A DNA stretch of 64,000 nucleotides, from NCBI GenBank assembly GCA_964270895.1, contig OZ185440.1; one strand, written 5' to 3'. The notes under the pieces are model-generated. The model was not told the DNA's origin, searched no databases, and saw only the letters and a list, made by a program, of their open reading frames with translations. Made by a program: the position numbers and the translations under genes. Below are positions 10,480 to 22,102 of the stretch, piece after piece. Positions within the stretch are counted from its first letter, which is position 1; every line of letters starts with the position of its first letter. The stretch comes from Podarcis filfolensis. Its lineage: Eukaryota.

Positions 10480-10668
10480 ATAAAAGTGGTGTACCTGCAG
10501 CCTGAAGTGCCCCAGGTAGATTTGTACATTCTCAGCAAGTCTGACCACTTCATTGGAAACTGTGTTTCGTCCTTTACTGCCTTTGTGAAAAGAGAACGCG
10601 ATGTGCATGGGAGACCCTCGTCCTTTTTTGGCATGGACTATCCACCCACATCAAGGGACGAATTGTAG
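10480..10668 (+). CDS. POFUT1: POFUT1 coding exon 7 (IKVVYLQ...[18 protein letters not shown]...RDEL*)
   Basis: Acceptor ttttcag|ATA, stop TAG, ER-retention RDEL. Joined CDS 1179 nt = 392 aa. Confidence 0.97.
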   Translation: MKVVYLQPEVPQVDLYILSKSDHFIGNCVSSFTAFVKRERDVHGRPSSFFGMDYPPTSRDEL

Positions 10669-13603
10669 CCCCTAGAGGAAGAGATGCCTTTCGACCCACT
10701 ACTTACATACAGTTCTCATAAATACAGTTCTCAAAGCAAGCACTGGATATATCTGGATTCTACAGGTTCATCCTCATGGCATTCCTTGAATATTACTAGA
10801 ATGTGACCTGAAAGGAGAAGTGGATGACTTCCAAGAAACATTCCCTCCTCCCACAGTTGTGGTTCAAATGAGCAAACCCACTCCGTTCCTCTCTTCCCCT
10901 TTCTGTGCTGTCTTGCTACCTCTTCTGGAATTAATGACTCGTCTGGTGCTTCCTTAATGTACAGTATTCTCAAGACAGCTTGTTCACTGACAAGAAATGT
11001 TCTGACATTAAGAACTGGGAACCAGCAGATACGTTCTCAGTTGTGCAACCGACTGACATTTGCCTTGTGTGCTTTTGTTTTCTGAGCTGCCAAATGGGTT
11101 TAATTCCCATTCCCCCTTGCTGGGAGTGGGGAGACTATAAGCAAATGATTTTGCTATCAGCTGTGACACTTTATGGGACTTTCAGAGATGTTTTAGTCCT
11201 AATAACTCTGGTGCCCTGTGGACCAGTTCTGTTTGAGGCAATTCCCAGGTAGCATAGAGATACCTTTTTTTTTTAATCCTATTACACAAGAGCCTTTTAG
11301 AGCAGTTTTGTATTTTACAAAATTGGCAGTCTAAGCACTGTACACAGTATAAAATAGAAGTTAAGAAATAATCTCCTTTTTGAAACACCATAATAATCCG
11401 TAAATCAAATATTATGCACCTTTTATTGGGCCCATTTGCAACTTCGCTGAGAGCTCAGTGCATCAATTGCATTTTAATGGCTTTTGGTGGGTCAGCAATC
11501 ATGTCTTTCTGAGCTCTCTATTCTGGAAACCCAGCCTGGCTGCCATCTTGAAAGTATTTTGTTGCATTGAGCAGGGGCTTGGACTAGGAGACCTCCAAGA
11601 TTCCTTCCAACTCTTGTACACTCATTCTTTGAGCATCCCTTTTATGTTTAGAAGCTGTGACCTTTTAAAAGTCTCTGAAAGGAATAACCACTTGGTCCAC
11701 TTTGAATTGCAGATATTTACTTTGAGTCTCTTGAAAAGAGGAGCCAACAGATAGTGGATCTTGATTTTTTTGTTTTAAAGTATTTTATGCACTTTTCTCT
11801 GCATAATTGCTCTGAAATCATGATTCAGCTTTCTCGATGTACATCTGAACTATGCTCACTAATTTACCTGTAGAGTTTTCCCACAGAAAAATCCTCAGGC
11901 AGGAGATCTGCAAACTGTCAGGTTACTTAGTTCATGTTATGTTTTCTCATCACATCAGTAGTAACTTTCTGTGGTGACAGCGCAGCATCATACCCTCTGA
12001 TAATTATCTGCTCCTGTGCATTCAGTTGACAAATTGTCCTGGCTGCTGACTGCAAGCCTGAACTATCCTTCCATCTGCACTCTATATTAAGACTGAATAT
12101 GTTGTGCTGGGGGAGAGAACTTTCTGGAGCTTTCTATTTGCTTTATTGGGCTTGAATTGCACAGACAGCATCGTTACCTTCTGTATCTTCCTTTTAGGTG
12201 TTGATGAAACAATCTTGCGATAGCAGGATTGAATTGCAAATGAACTTTTCCTAGGTTTGTTTGCTGGTGGTAGCAGTATTGCCTCCAGTCTCTTTTCTGT
12301 CTTCCTCTGCCATCTTCTGAAAAAACTGGTTCATAAATGCTAACAGTTTCGGCTGACCAGTAAACACTTTTATAAGCAGCAACTTTGCAAGTTTATTAAT
12401 TTAATCACTACCTTGCATCCCTTACTTTATTGATAGTGAATTATCACTGGCAAGCTACAAATCTGAAAACCAGCATTGTATTTGCTGGAGACGTCTTTGC
12501 TCATCTTTATGCAGTACTGAAGAAGTTTGTTTAAAGGTTCAGTCTTAAAAGGTGTAGAGAAGCACTAGGCTTGGAAGAGAAATGCAGTTCCTGTGTCCTA
12601 GTTTTGGTAGATTCTGCAGTGAAACCATGTCTTCCAAAGCTACCTGTAATATGGATGATAATGATGGTGATGATCGAATGAAAAAAAAGACTCTCAATAG
12701 ATTGTCCAGGAATGTTTATGAAGAACAAAAAAAAAACCCAAGAAAGGCTGAGGCTTTGACAGCACATGGAGATGATCTCTGACTTCATCTGTTAGGTGGG
12801 ATCCTCCCTTCTGCTTGAGCTTCTGAAAGAATCAGTATTTTGATTCCAAAGATCAGTAAGTGCCACAATATTTCCGACTGGAGCAGCAAGAACAAACAGT
12901 TACTCTTCTGCAATTCGTCAATAAGCATAAGAATATAGCAATTTCCTTGATGGATCAGGCAAAGGTCCATCTTAAACCAACCTTTTGTTCCCAACAGCAG
13001 CCATCCAGAAGACAATGGCAGGGCCTGAAGGCAGCAGTTCTCCTCACCAGCTCACCTCCACCTTGTATATCAAGTTATATTGCCATATGGAAGTTCTGAT
13101 TACCTGTTATGGCTAATGGCCGTTTGTAGATTTCACCTCCCAAGAATCTGACAAAAAGCTGCTTTACTGCCTGATAAACCCATGGCTAGCTCCACATATT
13201 ATCAAAGGAAGTTTCATAGATTCAATTATGTCCTGTGACAAAACTTACCTTTTTTGTCTGCCTGGCAGTAGGTGGTTTGGTCTGTTTTGTTAGACGAACC
13301 TGGGTTTCCAGTATTATGAGAGGTAAGGGGAATCTCCCTTTTTGCTCTCCACGCTATTCATAGTTTTGTAAACTCTTTATCATGTATGCAAAGTTACTCT
13401 GCAGTTCATATATTTATATATAAAGCCCACTGTCTCTTAGCCAGCACTGAAGCATCAACATTAATATCTGGAGGCTTCCTAATGGGCATGAGAATCCTCT
13501 GTGCTATACCTTCAATATATCTTGCCTCTTTGTGGGAGGAAATGCCAACCTCTGGTTTTAAATGCAATTAATGAATTTTTTTTAAGGTGGCAATCCTGTA
13601 CAC

Positions 13604-13739
13604 CAGGCTTCCTCAACCTTGGCCCTCCAGATGTTTTGAGACTACAGTTCCCATCATCCCTGACCACTGGTCCTGCTAGCTAGGGATCATGGGAGTTGTA
13701 GGCCAAAAACATCTGGAGGGCCGAGGTTGAGGAAGCCTG
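13604..13739. mobile_element. 136-bp hAT MITE
   Basis: TIRs CAGGCTTCCTCAACC; 8-bp TSD CTGTACAC. Confidence 0.92.
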
Positions 13740-13903
13740 CTGTACACCATTATTTGGAAGTAAGTCCCAGTGAACTCAGTGTGGATACTCATAGGGCTGT
13801 GCTGTTAATGATGTTGACCATATGGAATTTGCAGGGGTGCAGCTACACCGTGCCATGAGGAGGCAATTCATCCGTAGGGTGCAGCCTCGCCAGCATTTGT
13901 GTA

Positions 13904-14634
13904 CAGTGGTACCTCGGGTTACAGACTCCGCTAACCCGGAAGTAGTACCTCGGGTTAAGAACTTTACCTCAGGATGAGAACAGAAATCACGCGGCATCAG
14001 CAGGAGGCCCTATTAGCTAAAGTGGTACCTGAGGAGATTTCACCCCTCCCATATCCAAGAATCTCCTGATGAGTCTGCTGATTCTCCAGAGAGGAGGAGC
14101 AGCGTTCTGCTCTCTACTTATTCCACTCCAGCACCACATCAAAGAGTCAGTCAGTCAGTGTGCCGGAGAGAGAGAGACTGAGTGTTAGAGATCGTGTGTA
14201 TAGATAAGGTTGCTGCTAAGAGCAGCTGCAGACACTCAGTGCAGTGCAGCATTCATTTATGCTTAGACCTATTTAGCTCTGTATATAGTTGTATAATAGT
14301 TGTAGATAGAATAAAGAAGTTATTCTACAGAGCTGCTCTCCGAGTTGTTTATACTCTGCTATACTCTGCTGTGTGACGACTGTCTTCTTGTTGGAGTGAA
14401 TCCGGTGCTCACAACTCTAAACTGTGAGTCCACACCACTCTGACCTGTTCCTGTGCAGAAGGTGGTCTCTGGAAGTGCTACCCAGCTCGCCTAGCCCAGT
14501 CGGGGCTGAAGTGCATGAGTCCAGTTAGTGGCACTGGCTCAAGAGCGATGCTGACAGTACCTCAGGTTAAGAACAGTTTCAGGTTAAGAACGGATCTCCA
14601 GAAGGAATTAAGTTCATAACCAGAGGTACCACTG
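13904..14634. mobile_element. Tigger-like MITE interrupted by a solo LTR
   Basis: TA-CAGTGGTACCTC...GAGGTACCACTG-TA; the two halves rejoin after removing 14030-14561. Confidence 0.88.
14030..14556 (+). mobile_element. Solo LTR (527 bp)
   Basis: TG...CA termini; 5-bp TSD GTACC (14025-29 and 14557-61); internal AATAAA at 14310-15. Confidence 0.8.
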
Positions 14635-14774
14635 TAAACTCCATTTATGTGGCTGGCTCAGAATGGAGGACATCTGGGGTATTTGTGTGCTATGCACAAT
14701 ATCAGAAGCCATGTTTTAATTTTTTAAAAAATTAACTAATGTACAGAGCATAACTTTGTGATTTTCATTTTCAT

Positions 14775-14780
14775 AATAAA
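14775..14780 (+). terminator. Candidate POFUT1 polyadenylation signal
   Basis: AATAAA with upstream TGTA and a downstream U/GU-rich tract; implies a 3' UTR of about 4.1 kb (inference). Confidence 0.4.
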
Positions 14781-16012
14781 ACATTAATCTTTCTCTTGAG
14801 TGTTTTTATGACTTGAAACATTCCTCCTAGCTTTGGCTATGGTTAACATCCACCTGGTGAAACCGTGTGCCGATGTTTTCTCCTTTTAGAAAAAAGGAAG
14901 TTCTTGGCCCAGATGGCTGCCTTTCACTCTTCAATTTAGGGATCTCCAAACATAGAATCTCCCTGCCATGGAGCTGATTAGGCTTATGTTATTGGCAGAA
15001 GGACCCAGCTTAGAAGTGAGGTCATGGGCTCTCTCTTTCCACACAAGCTGTGCACACTTCCAAGCATCTGTTTTTAAAAGCAACAGATTCTTGTGCAGCG
15101 TGGATTAACCAAGAGCTTCTTTGCACAGTTGAAGATTTTATCTGACTGCCCAAGAACTGCTTTTCTCCCATTGCATTTAGTACTAGTAGTAATAATAATC
15201 ACCTCGAACAATTTGATTTTTTCCAGACAGATGATCAAATTCTGAATGGAATGAAGTGATATTGATTTCTGTTACTTGCAAGTCAGCAGTTTAGGGCAGC
15301 AGCTTGGGCAGTGTTGATTTAAGATTGGCACATGGCGCAATTCACCTGTTAAATAGTGTCAGTTGACCACCTACTATTTGAGTGTAGTTCTTAGAATGTC
15401 ATTATGTAAAGGGCAGCACACCACCTTACTTCATTCAAGTGTAAATTTGTTAGCTGGGCAGAAAGACAGCCTGACCCCTTGACCAGGAAGTGGTGAGTGT
15501 AAACCTTGCAGAGAACCAAAGCTTCCCTCCTTGAACACCTCTTATATGGGGGCATTTCTGTATAGGAACGCAAGCAGCCATCGGTGGTAAAAGCCACTGC
15601 CTGGCCTATAGAGGAGCCGCTTCCGTTTTGAGAGGTGGCTGCTCCATTAGGGTGGTGTGTCTCTGAAGACTGATGGAGTCTGGTGGGTTCCTGGGGGCTC
15701 TCTGTTTCCAGCTGACATAGCTGGTACTTCTGTTGAATGTGGTGACGACTTGGGTGGTTGGCATGACTGCGTCCTCTCCTGTGGTACAGGACCAAGTTAG
15801 CTCTCTAGTTCATTAGGCAGGTTAGAAATGGCTAGGATGAAGATGGATAACCTGTGACGAGCTAACAGCTCATCAGGCCTACTCTTTGACAATGAAGAAA
15901 CAGGACTCTGGGAGAGAGGTCCTGTGAATATAGAGAGTCTAACAATCAATTCTACTCGTCTTTCATCTGTATCAAGCAAGGCACTAGAAGTGCCCAGCAC
16001 TGGTAATGTGTT

Positions 16013-16306
16013 GGAGAGCCAGTATGGAGTAGTAGTTAAGAGCGACAGACTCGTAATCTGGTGAACCAGGTTCGCTTCCCCGCTCCTCCAGATGCAGCTG
16101 CTAGGTGACCTTGGGCCAGTCACACTTCTCTGAAGTCTCTCAGCCCCACTCACCTGACAGAGTGTTTGTTGTGGGGGAGGAAGGGGAAGGAGAATGTTAG
16201 CCGCTTTGAGACTCCTTCGGGTAGTGATAAAACGGGATATCAAATCCAAACTCCTCCTCCTCTTCTTCTTCTTCTTCTTCTTCTTCTTCTTCTTCTTCTT
16301 CTTCTT
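16013..16306 (+). mobile_element. tRNA-derived CORE/MIR-like SINE with (TTC)n tail
   Basis: A/B-box-like head, GTGACCTTGGGCCAGTCAC core, (CTT)n tail at 16262-16306. Confidence 0.8.
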
Positions 16307-16569
16307 GGATGAGGGCCAACAAACAAGCTCAGAAACTGAGGCTCAACTGTTTGAACTGGTGTTCAGTCAGTTTGGGGGGTGGTCCACTCCCTTTAAGGTT
16401 CAGACTCCTTGCTTAAGGATGCTCTTAGGTCCTAGAACATCAATCCTAGTCCTAAGGACATAAGAGCCTGCTGGATGAGGCCAGTAGCCCCATCTAGTCC
16501 GGTATCCTGTTCTCATGGTGGCCAACCATGAGATGCCTGTGGGAAACCAGCAAACAAGATCCAACCACA

Positions 16570-17030
16570 ATAAATTGAAATTGAAATACTTTATTGTCAC
16601 TTGTACAACTTGTATACCGTGAGATTACACGAGCACCCCCCACTCAGCTCTCTTAGTCTTAATTCCCCTCGTTTACTGACGCACACCCACCAAACCTGAA
16701 AGTCAGTTGCCCTGTTGTTATCTTTTCATTCAGCAGCCTACCAGCCCACGGATAGAAGCTGTTCTTTACCCTGTTGGTGCGACTAATCATGCTTCTATAT
16801 CTTCTGTGTGAATCATCCCTGAGAATTTTCCTCACTCTCCTGAGGCATCTGCTATTTCATTCAGCGGATTCATGGGACAGCCCATAATATCTTGTGCTGT
16901 ATTCACCACCCTCTGTAGACACTTTCTATTGTTGACCAGTAGTATGGAGATCATCAAATGTTGATTGACATCGTTCTTTCGCAATACTCTGAGGAGATGG
17001 AGTCTCAGTTGGGCTTTCTTAACCACCTGG
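16570..17030 (-). mobile_element. Rex1/Babar-like LINE 3' fragment
   Basis: VKKAQLRLHLLRVLRK...RKCLQRVVNTAQDI translation; short-repeat tail near 16570. Confidence 0.6.
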
Positions 17031-17061
17031 GTTGTATTTATTTTCCAAGTAAGGTCTTCAC

Positions 17062-17414
17062 AGGGATGCGGGTGGCACTGTGGGTTAAACCACAGAGCCT
17101 AGGACTTGCCGATCAGAAGGTCGGCGGTTCGAATCCCCGCAACGGGGTGAGCTCCCGTTGCTCGGTCCCTGCTCCTGCCAACCTAGCAGTTCGAAAGCAC
17201 GTCAAAGTGCAAGTAGATAAAAAGGTACCGCTCCGGCGGGAAGGTAAATGGCGTTTCCGTGCACTGCTCTGGTTTGCCAGAAGCGGCTTAGTCATGCTGG
17301 CCACACGACCCAGAAGGAAGCTATACGCCGGCTCCCTCGGCCAGTAAAGCGAGATGAGCGCTGCTACCCGAGTCGTCCGCAACTGGACCTAATGGTCAGG
17401 GGTCCCTTTACATT
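17062..17414 (+). mobile_element. Full-length Sauria SINE
   Basis: tRNA-like head GGGATGCGGGTGGCACTGTGGG, GGTTCGAATCC B-box, ...CCCTTTAC tail; 12-bp TSD TAAGGTCTTCAC. Confidence 0.92.
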
Positions 17415-17803
17415 TAAGGTCTTCACTGAGATAAACTCCTAGGAATTTAAAGGAAGAGACTCTCTCCACACAGCCCTCCCCGATGTACAGCTGATATTAA
17501 GGTGCAAGTTGTTCCCTAGGCACCATGTAGATATTTTTTGGACCTCCCCTCTGAGCCCTCTGCCCACCTGTGAGTCCCAGCAGCTAGCATTCAGAGGCAT
17601 ACTGCACAGAGGCGAAGTTCAAATAGTGTCGTTTCCAAGCCCCAGGCAAGGTGTAAAGTTCTGTGCAGCTCCTGTCTTGAGTTGAGGTCAGTGGCATCTG
17701 GGGAGAGCTGAGCACCCCTCTTTTAAATGCTGCTCTTTGTTTATACTGTATGGTGTTCTGCCCCTTTTTTAACCATGCCGGAAAATGAAGTTGAAGGGAA
17801 GTA

Positions 17804-17972
17804 CCGTATTTTTTGCACCATAACACTCACTTTTTTCCTCCTAGAAAGTAAGGGGAAATGTCTGTGCGTGTTATGGAGGGAATGCCTACGGGTGGCATGC
17901 CTACGGATTTTCCTCCTCTAAAAACTACGTGCGTGTTATGGTCGGGTGCGTGTTATAGAGCGAAAAATACGG
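17804..17972. mobile_element. Short (169-bp) Tc2/Kanga-like MITE
   Basis: TA-CCGTATTTTT...AAAAATACGG-TA. Confidence 0.88.
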
Positions 17973-19837
17973 TATATAAATTGACAACGTTGCGACAGCT
18001 TAACCAAAAAGCATCTCTGCTTCTCTTTCTTTTTCAGTTGTCTCCCGTTCCCTAATGGGGCTTCACACACACTCTTTAATGAATGGGGGACAGAGAAATT
18101 GTGCACAGCAAGATAGCAAAGTAATGGAGAAATTGCATCCAGCAAGCATAAGGTTTTGGGCAACAGGCCAAGAACTGGAACACTGAAGGCTTTATAGCCT
18201 CAGATGCAATTTCCCTGGTCTCTTCCAGAAAGTCCCATAAAACACATTAATCACAATTAATTTTTTTTTATCAATACACTCCTCCAGTGGGCACTTGTGC
18301 TTCCATTCACTTGATGTTTTCTCTGCCAGCACTGCCATAAATTATGTTCCTTCCCTCATTTCCATTCTACCAGAATTGCTTCACTGGGCGCCAGTGCCAA
18401 ATTTGAATTCCTAGAAGTCCTTTTGCCCTTAGGACTGAGATCAGATGGCATTTCTAGCTGTAAAACAAATAACAAAGATCATCTGCTGTGCAGAGAAGAT
18501 GAATTAGGATCATAAAGCTTTTAAGATAGTTTTAAGAACAAAAATTATATAGCAGATTTATTTAGGAAGGGGCTTTGATGAGCCTAAACAAAAATTACTT
18601 GCATTGGACTTTAATACGGAATGAATTCCGATGGACACAACACATGTAATTTTTCTGTGTGTAGACGCAAAGCTAGTAGTGTGTGCTGAGGCGCAGAGGG
18701 ACCCCATTTTCACCAGCTCACTTCAGATAGTCATTCAAATCACATAACTTCTCTCACTTCTTCAGTCCCATGTGAACCAATGGTTTGGAGGTAGCACTAA
18801 CCATAGTTTTCTGATGTGGAAAGGCATGGGAAACAGACAAGCACAACGCAAAAGTGGAGTAGGGCATCTAGTAACGAAAGGGGGAAGAGAAAGCAACACC
18901 TTCCTGATCCTCCAAACCACGGCTGGATGAGTGTACAAATGGATATTACTGGTTTGGACTGGTTTGGTTAAATAATGTACAAACCATCAATAGGTTAACC
19001 TGAAGAGACTCAACTTATATTTTCAAGAAAAACATTTAAATGATGTTTACCACACATCAAAACATCAAATCAAACAACCCATGGTAAAACATTACTGACA
19101 AAAGTCAAATATAAAATATACATTCAAAGCAACATAATTAGCATGAAATGAAAAAATTAAAATAATTCAAAAGAAAACATTACAAAAGTGGTGAACTACA
19201 AAATAAACATTGAACACAGCGAAGTTGAACCAAAAATTCCAAACCATTATTTCGATAGAAAACATTACTAAAGGAAGTCAGATATAAAATGATCATTTAA
19301 AACAGCATAATTAGCAGGAGGAGAGGGGCTGCTCTTTTGGGGAGGGAGGAAGCCTCTTGACGCCGCCCCAATTCTTGTCTGCCACAGGGAGCTGCTCCAT
19401 TGCTGTGGGGTTTTGGGGAGTCACTTCGCCTGTCCCAAGCTGCAGGAGCTGACCCAAAGCCCAGGCTTCCCTCCGCAGAGTCGGGGCAATTTATTGCTAA
19501 GGTGCCACCTCACTGCACCTATCCAAATTGCATCCCATCTGCCATTTTCTTGCCCAATCACCTGTTTTCGCGAGATGATTTGGCAGCTCTCCCATCCTTG
19601 CTCCCGGCTGGACCGCTCTGAATAAATTTGCATTTCCTACAGGTTTTTTATCACTTCACCACCCTCTCTTCCTTTATGCCCACATCTTGCCACAGCTCCC
19701 TTCCTACTCCTGGCAGTGAAGCTGTCCAGTTTTTGAGGGGTCTCCTATTGCCTCTCCCGCTGCCCGCCCCCCAGCGGCTGCTCTGCTCTCATTCCGCTTC
19801 TTTTCCTCCTTGCCCTTATGGGATGATTTTTAACAGA

Positions 19838-20380
19838 TTGTTGTTGTTTAGTTGTGTCCGACTCTTCGTGACCCCCTGGACCAGAGCACGCCAGGCACTC
19901 CTGTCTTCCACTGCCTCCCGCAGTTTGGTCAAACGCATGCTGGTAGCTTCGAGAACACTGTCCCACCATCTCGTCCTCTGTTGTCCCCTTCTCCTTGTGC
20001 CCTCCATCTTTCCCAACATCAGGGTCTTTCCCAGGGAGTCTTCTCTTCTCATGAGGGGGCCAAAGTCTTGGAGCCTCAGCTTCAGGATCTGTCCTTCCAG
20101 TGAGCACTCAGGGCTGATTTCCTTCAGAATGGAAAGGTTGGATCTTCTTGCAGTCCATGGGACTCTCAAGAGTCTCCTCCAGCACCATAATTCAAAAGCA
20201 TCCATTCTTTGGCGATCAGCCTTCTTTATGGTCCAGCTCTCACTTCCATACATCACTACTGGGAAAACCAGAGCTTTAACTATACGGACCTTTGTTGGCA
20301 AGGTGATGTCTCTGCTTTTTAAGATGCTGTCTAGGTTTGTCATTGCTTTTCTCCCAAGAAGCAGGTGTCTTTTAATTTCA
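19838..20380 (-). mobile_element. BovB (RTE) LINE 3' fragment
   Basis: MTNLDSILKSRDITLPTKVRIVKA...FELWCWRRLLRVPWTARRSN; (CAA)n tail. Confidence 0.95.
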
Positions 20381-21339
20381 CGAGTGCTGTAGGAGGGTAT
20401 ATTAATTGCAATTTATCCTTCCAGGCCCCCTGCCCCAGGTGTGACTGTTAAACAGAGTTTTAAAATCCCATCCCTGGCAGCAAAATTGAAAGCATAGGAA
20501 TTAGGCTGCAAAACCTCCTTTTGAGCAAGTCCAACTTACAAAGCAAACTGACTTCCTTCCCTCTTTGGAAAGAATCAGGCAATAGCTCGTAAAGTAAGTT
20601 TAGAAATAAGATTTACTTACTTTATAATCCAGCATTGGTTCACAGCAAAGGCAGCACTAAAAACTATGCACTATTTTTTTTTTTTAAATTTACACTATAA
20701 CCAGTCTTAGCACCAGCCAGGGACTAGAGCAAACAGAGCACCAATAAACACTGTTAACGAAGCAGCAACTAAAAGATGCGCTAAGCATCCCAATTACAAG
20801 GAGAGGCTATTGGTTTGTTTTTGCTGTATTATGTATTTTTTATATTCCACTTTTACGTTGCTGACAGCCCTGAGATCTATGGATTCATGTTAATGTCATA
20901 TATACATAAGTTTATTTATATAAAAATTCGTATATCAATGATAAAGTAAAAGAAATACAGCAAAAGCCATATGATTAGCAGCATTAAGAAAACCTAAAAA
21001 AAGAAAGATCAAGCTGAGCTCATAGAAACCCTGGATCTCCCGCTTTCTCCAGTGGATTAAAACACACCTAAGCTATACAGCTGAAAACGCCGGCAGCATT
21101 AAGATAAATTCAGCGGTGTAAATTAGTTTTGATGGCTGTAATAATGGAATACTGAATTGTACAGTTTTTGTAAAATATGCAGGGATTTAGGATATGTAAA
21201 ATGAAGCATGGAAAGAGAAGAATGGAAGCCATTGATATCTTCAGGATGTAAAAAGGAGTATTTTAAATCGTAAAAACAGAAAATTTAATAAAAATTATAT
21301 TAAAACAAAACACACACACCCCGTAAGCTGCGCACGTGG

Positions 21340-21760
21340 CTGGGGCGCCTCGAGGGCCAGAGGGGCGTGTCCCGTTGCCAGGGCCGAGGGCGCGGAGGAG
21401 GCGGGGCCCGTTGCTAGGGCCGGGGCGTCGCCAAGGAAGTGATGGCTTCGGGGCGGGCGGCCGCGTTGCCAAGGAAGTGAGCGGCGGCCTCGGCGGGGCC
21501 GGACTCCCCCTGCCGTATCCGGTGCTGCCGCCGTCCCTGCCGCAGCGGCGGGAGGAGGAGCGGGGTCTCCATGGTGACGGCGCAGGTGAGTGAGGGGCCT
21601 CGCCCTCGCCTTCTTCCCCCCCCCACCGGCCGCGCGCCTGGGGCGGCGAGGGGGTGCGCGCGCGCGGCGGGAGGAGGAGGAGGAAGAGCCGCATCTGTGG
21701 GGCGGGGGCCTCGGGCGGCCCCACGCCTCTCCCTCTCTCTCTCCCCTTCCTCACGCCCAG
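21340..21760 (+). promoter_or_regulatory. KIF3B: KIF3B CpG-island promoter with RFX X-box and ETS motifs
   Basis: GC/CpG-rich. GTTGCC/GTTGCT/GTCGCC half-sites at 21374, 21410, 21427 and 21465; palindromic GTCTCCATGGTGAC at 21565-78; GGAAGT twice. Confidence 0.75.
21480..21585 (+). other. KIF3B: KIF3B non-coding exon 1 (start approximate)
   Basis: Strong donor CAG|GTGAGT at 21585/86 in the CpG island. Exon 2 acceptor ttctttccag|GTT at 30435 lies 69 nt upstream of the ATG. Confidence 0.7.
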
Positions 21761-22102
21761 GGGCACACGCGTGTCTGGGTGTGGTAACGTGGGAATGCGT
21801 GCACGCGCACCGGGGTGCTCCCTCCTCCTCCTCCTGCACTCTCAAGGCACACGCGTGTCTGGGCGTGGAACCGTGGGAATGCGTGCACGCGCACCCGGAT
21901 GCTCCCTTCCCCTCCTCTCGCCTTCTCCATCTGCACTCTCAAGGCACACGCGTGTCTGGGCGTGGAACCGTGGGAATGCGTGCACGCGCACCCGGAGGCT
22001 CCCTCCCTCTCCTCCCTACCCCCCCTCCTTCTGCACTCGCAAGGCACACGTGTATCTGGGCGTGGGTGTGGATGGTGGATGCGTGCAGGCACCCGGATGC
22101 TC
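21761..22102. repeat. Four-copy minisatellite (85-100 bp unit)
   Basis: Unit GGCACACGCGTGTCTGGGCGTGGAACCGTGGGAATGCGTGCACGCGCACCCGG plus a variable pyrimidine spacer; copies start near 21762, 21846, 21943 and 22043. Confidence 0.9.

Noticed and set aside
12627-12782. Short ORF with DDR...NR...KKxxxKAEAL...DL spacing faintly like a BATF-type bZIP basic region
   Set aside because: Needs gaps in the invariant basic region, rests on A-rich low-complexity sequence and has no supporting splice sites. A profile-HMM search would be needed.
15391-16249. Two adjacent minus-strand ORFs of 134 and 150 aa between POFUT1 and KIF3B
   Set aside because: One runs through a SINE; no recognisable domain or convincing exon structure.
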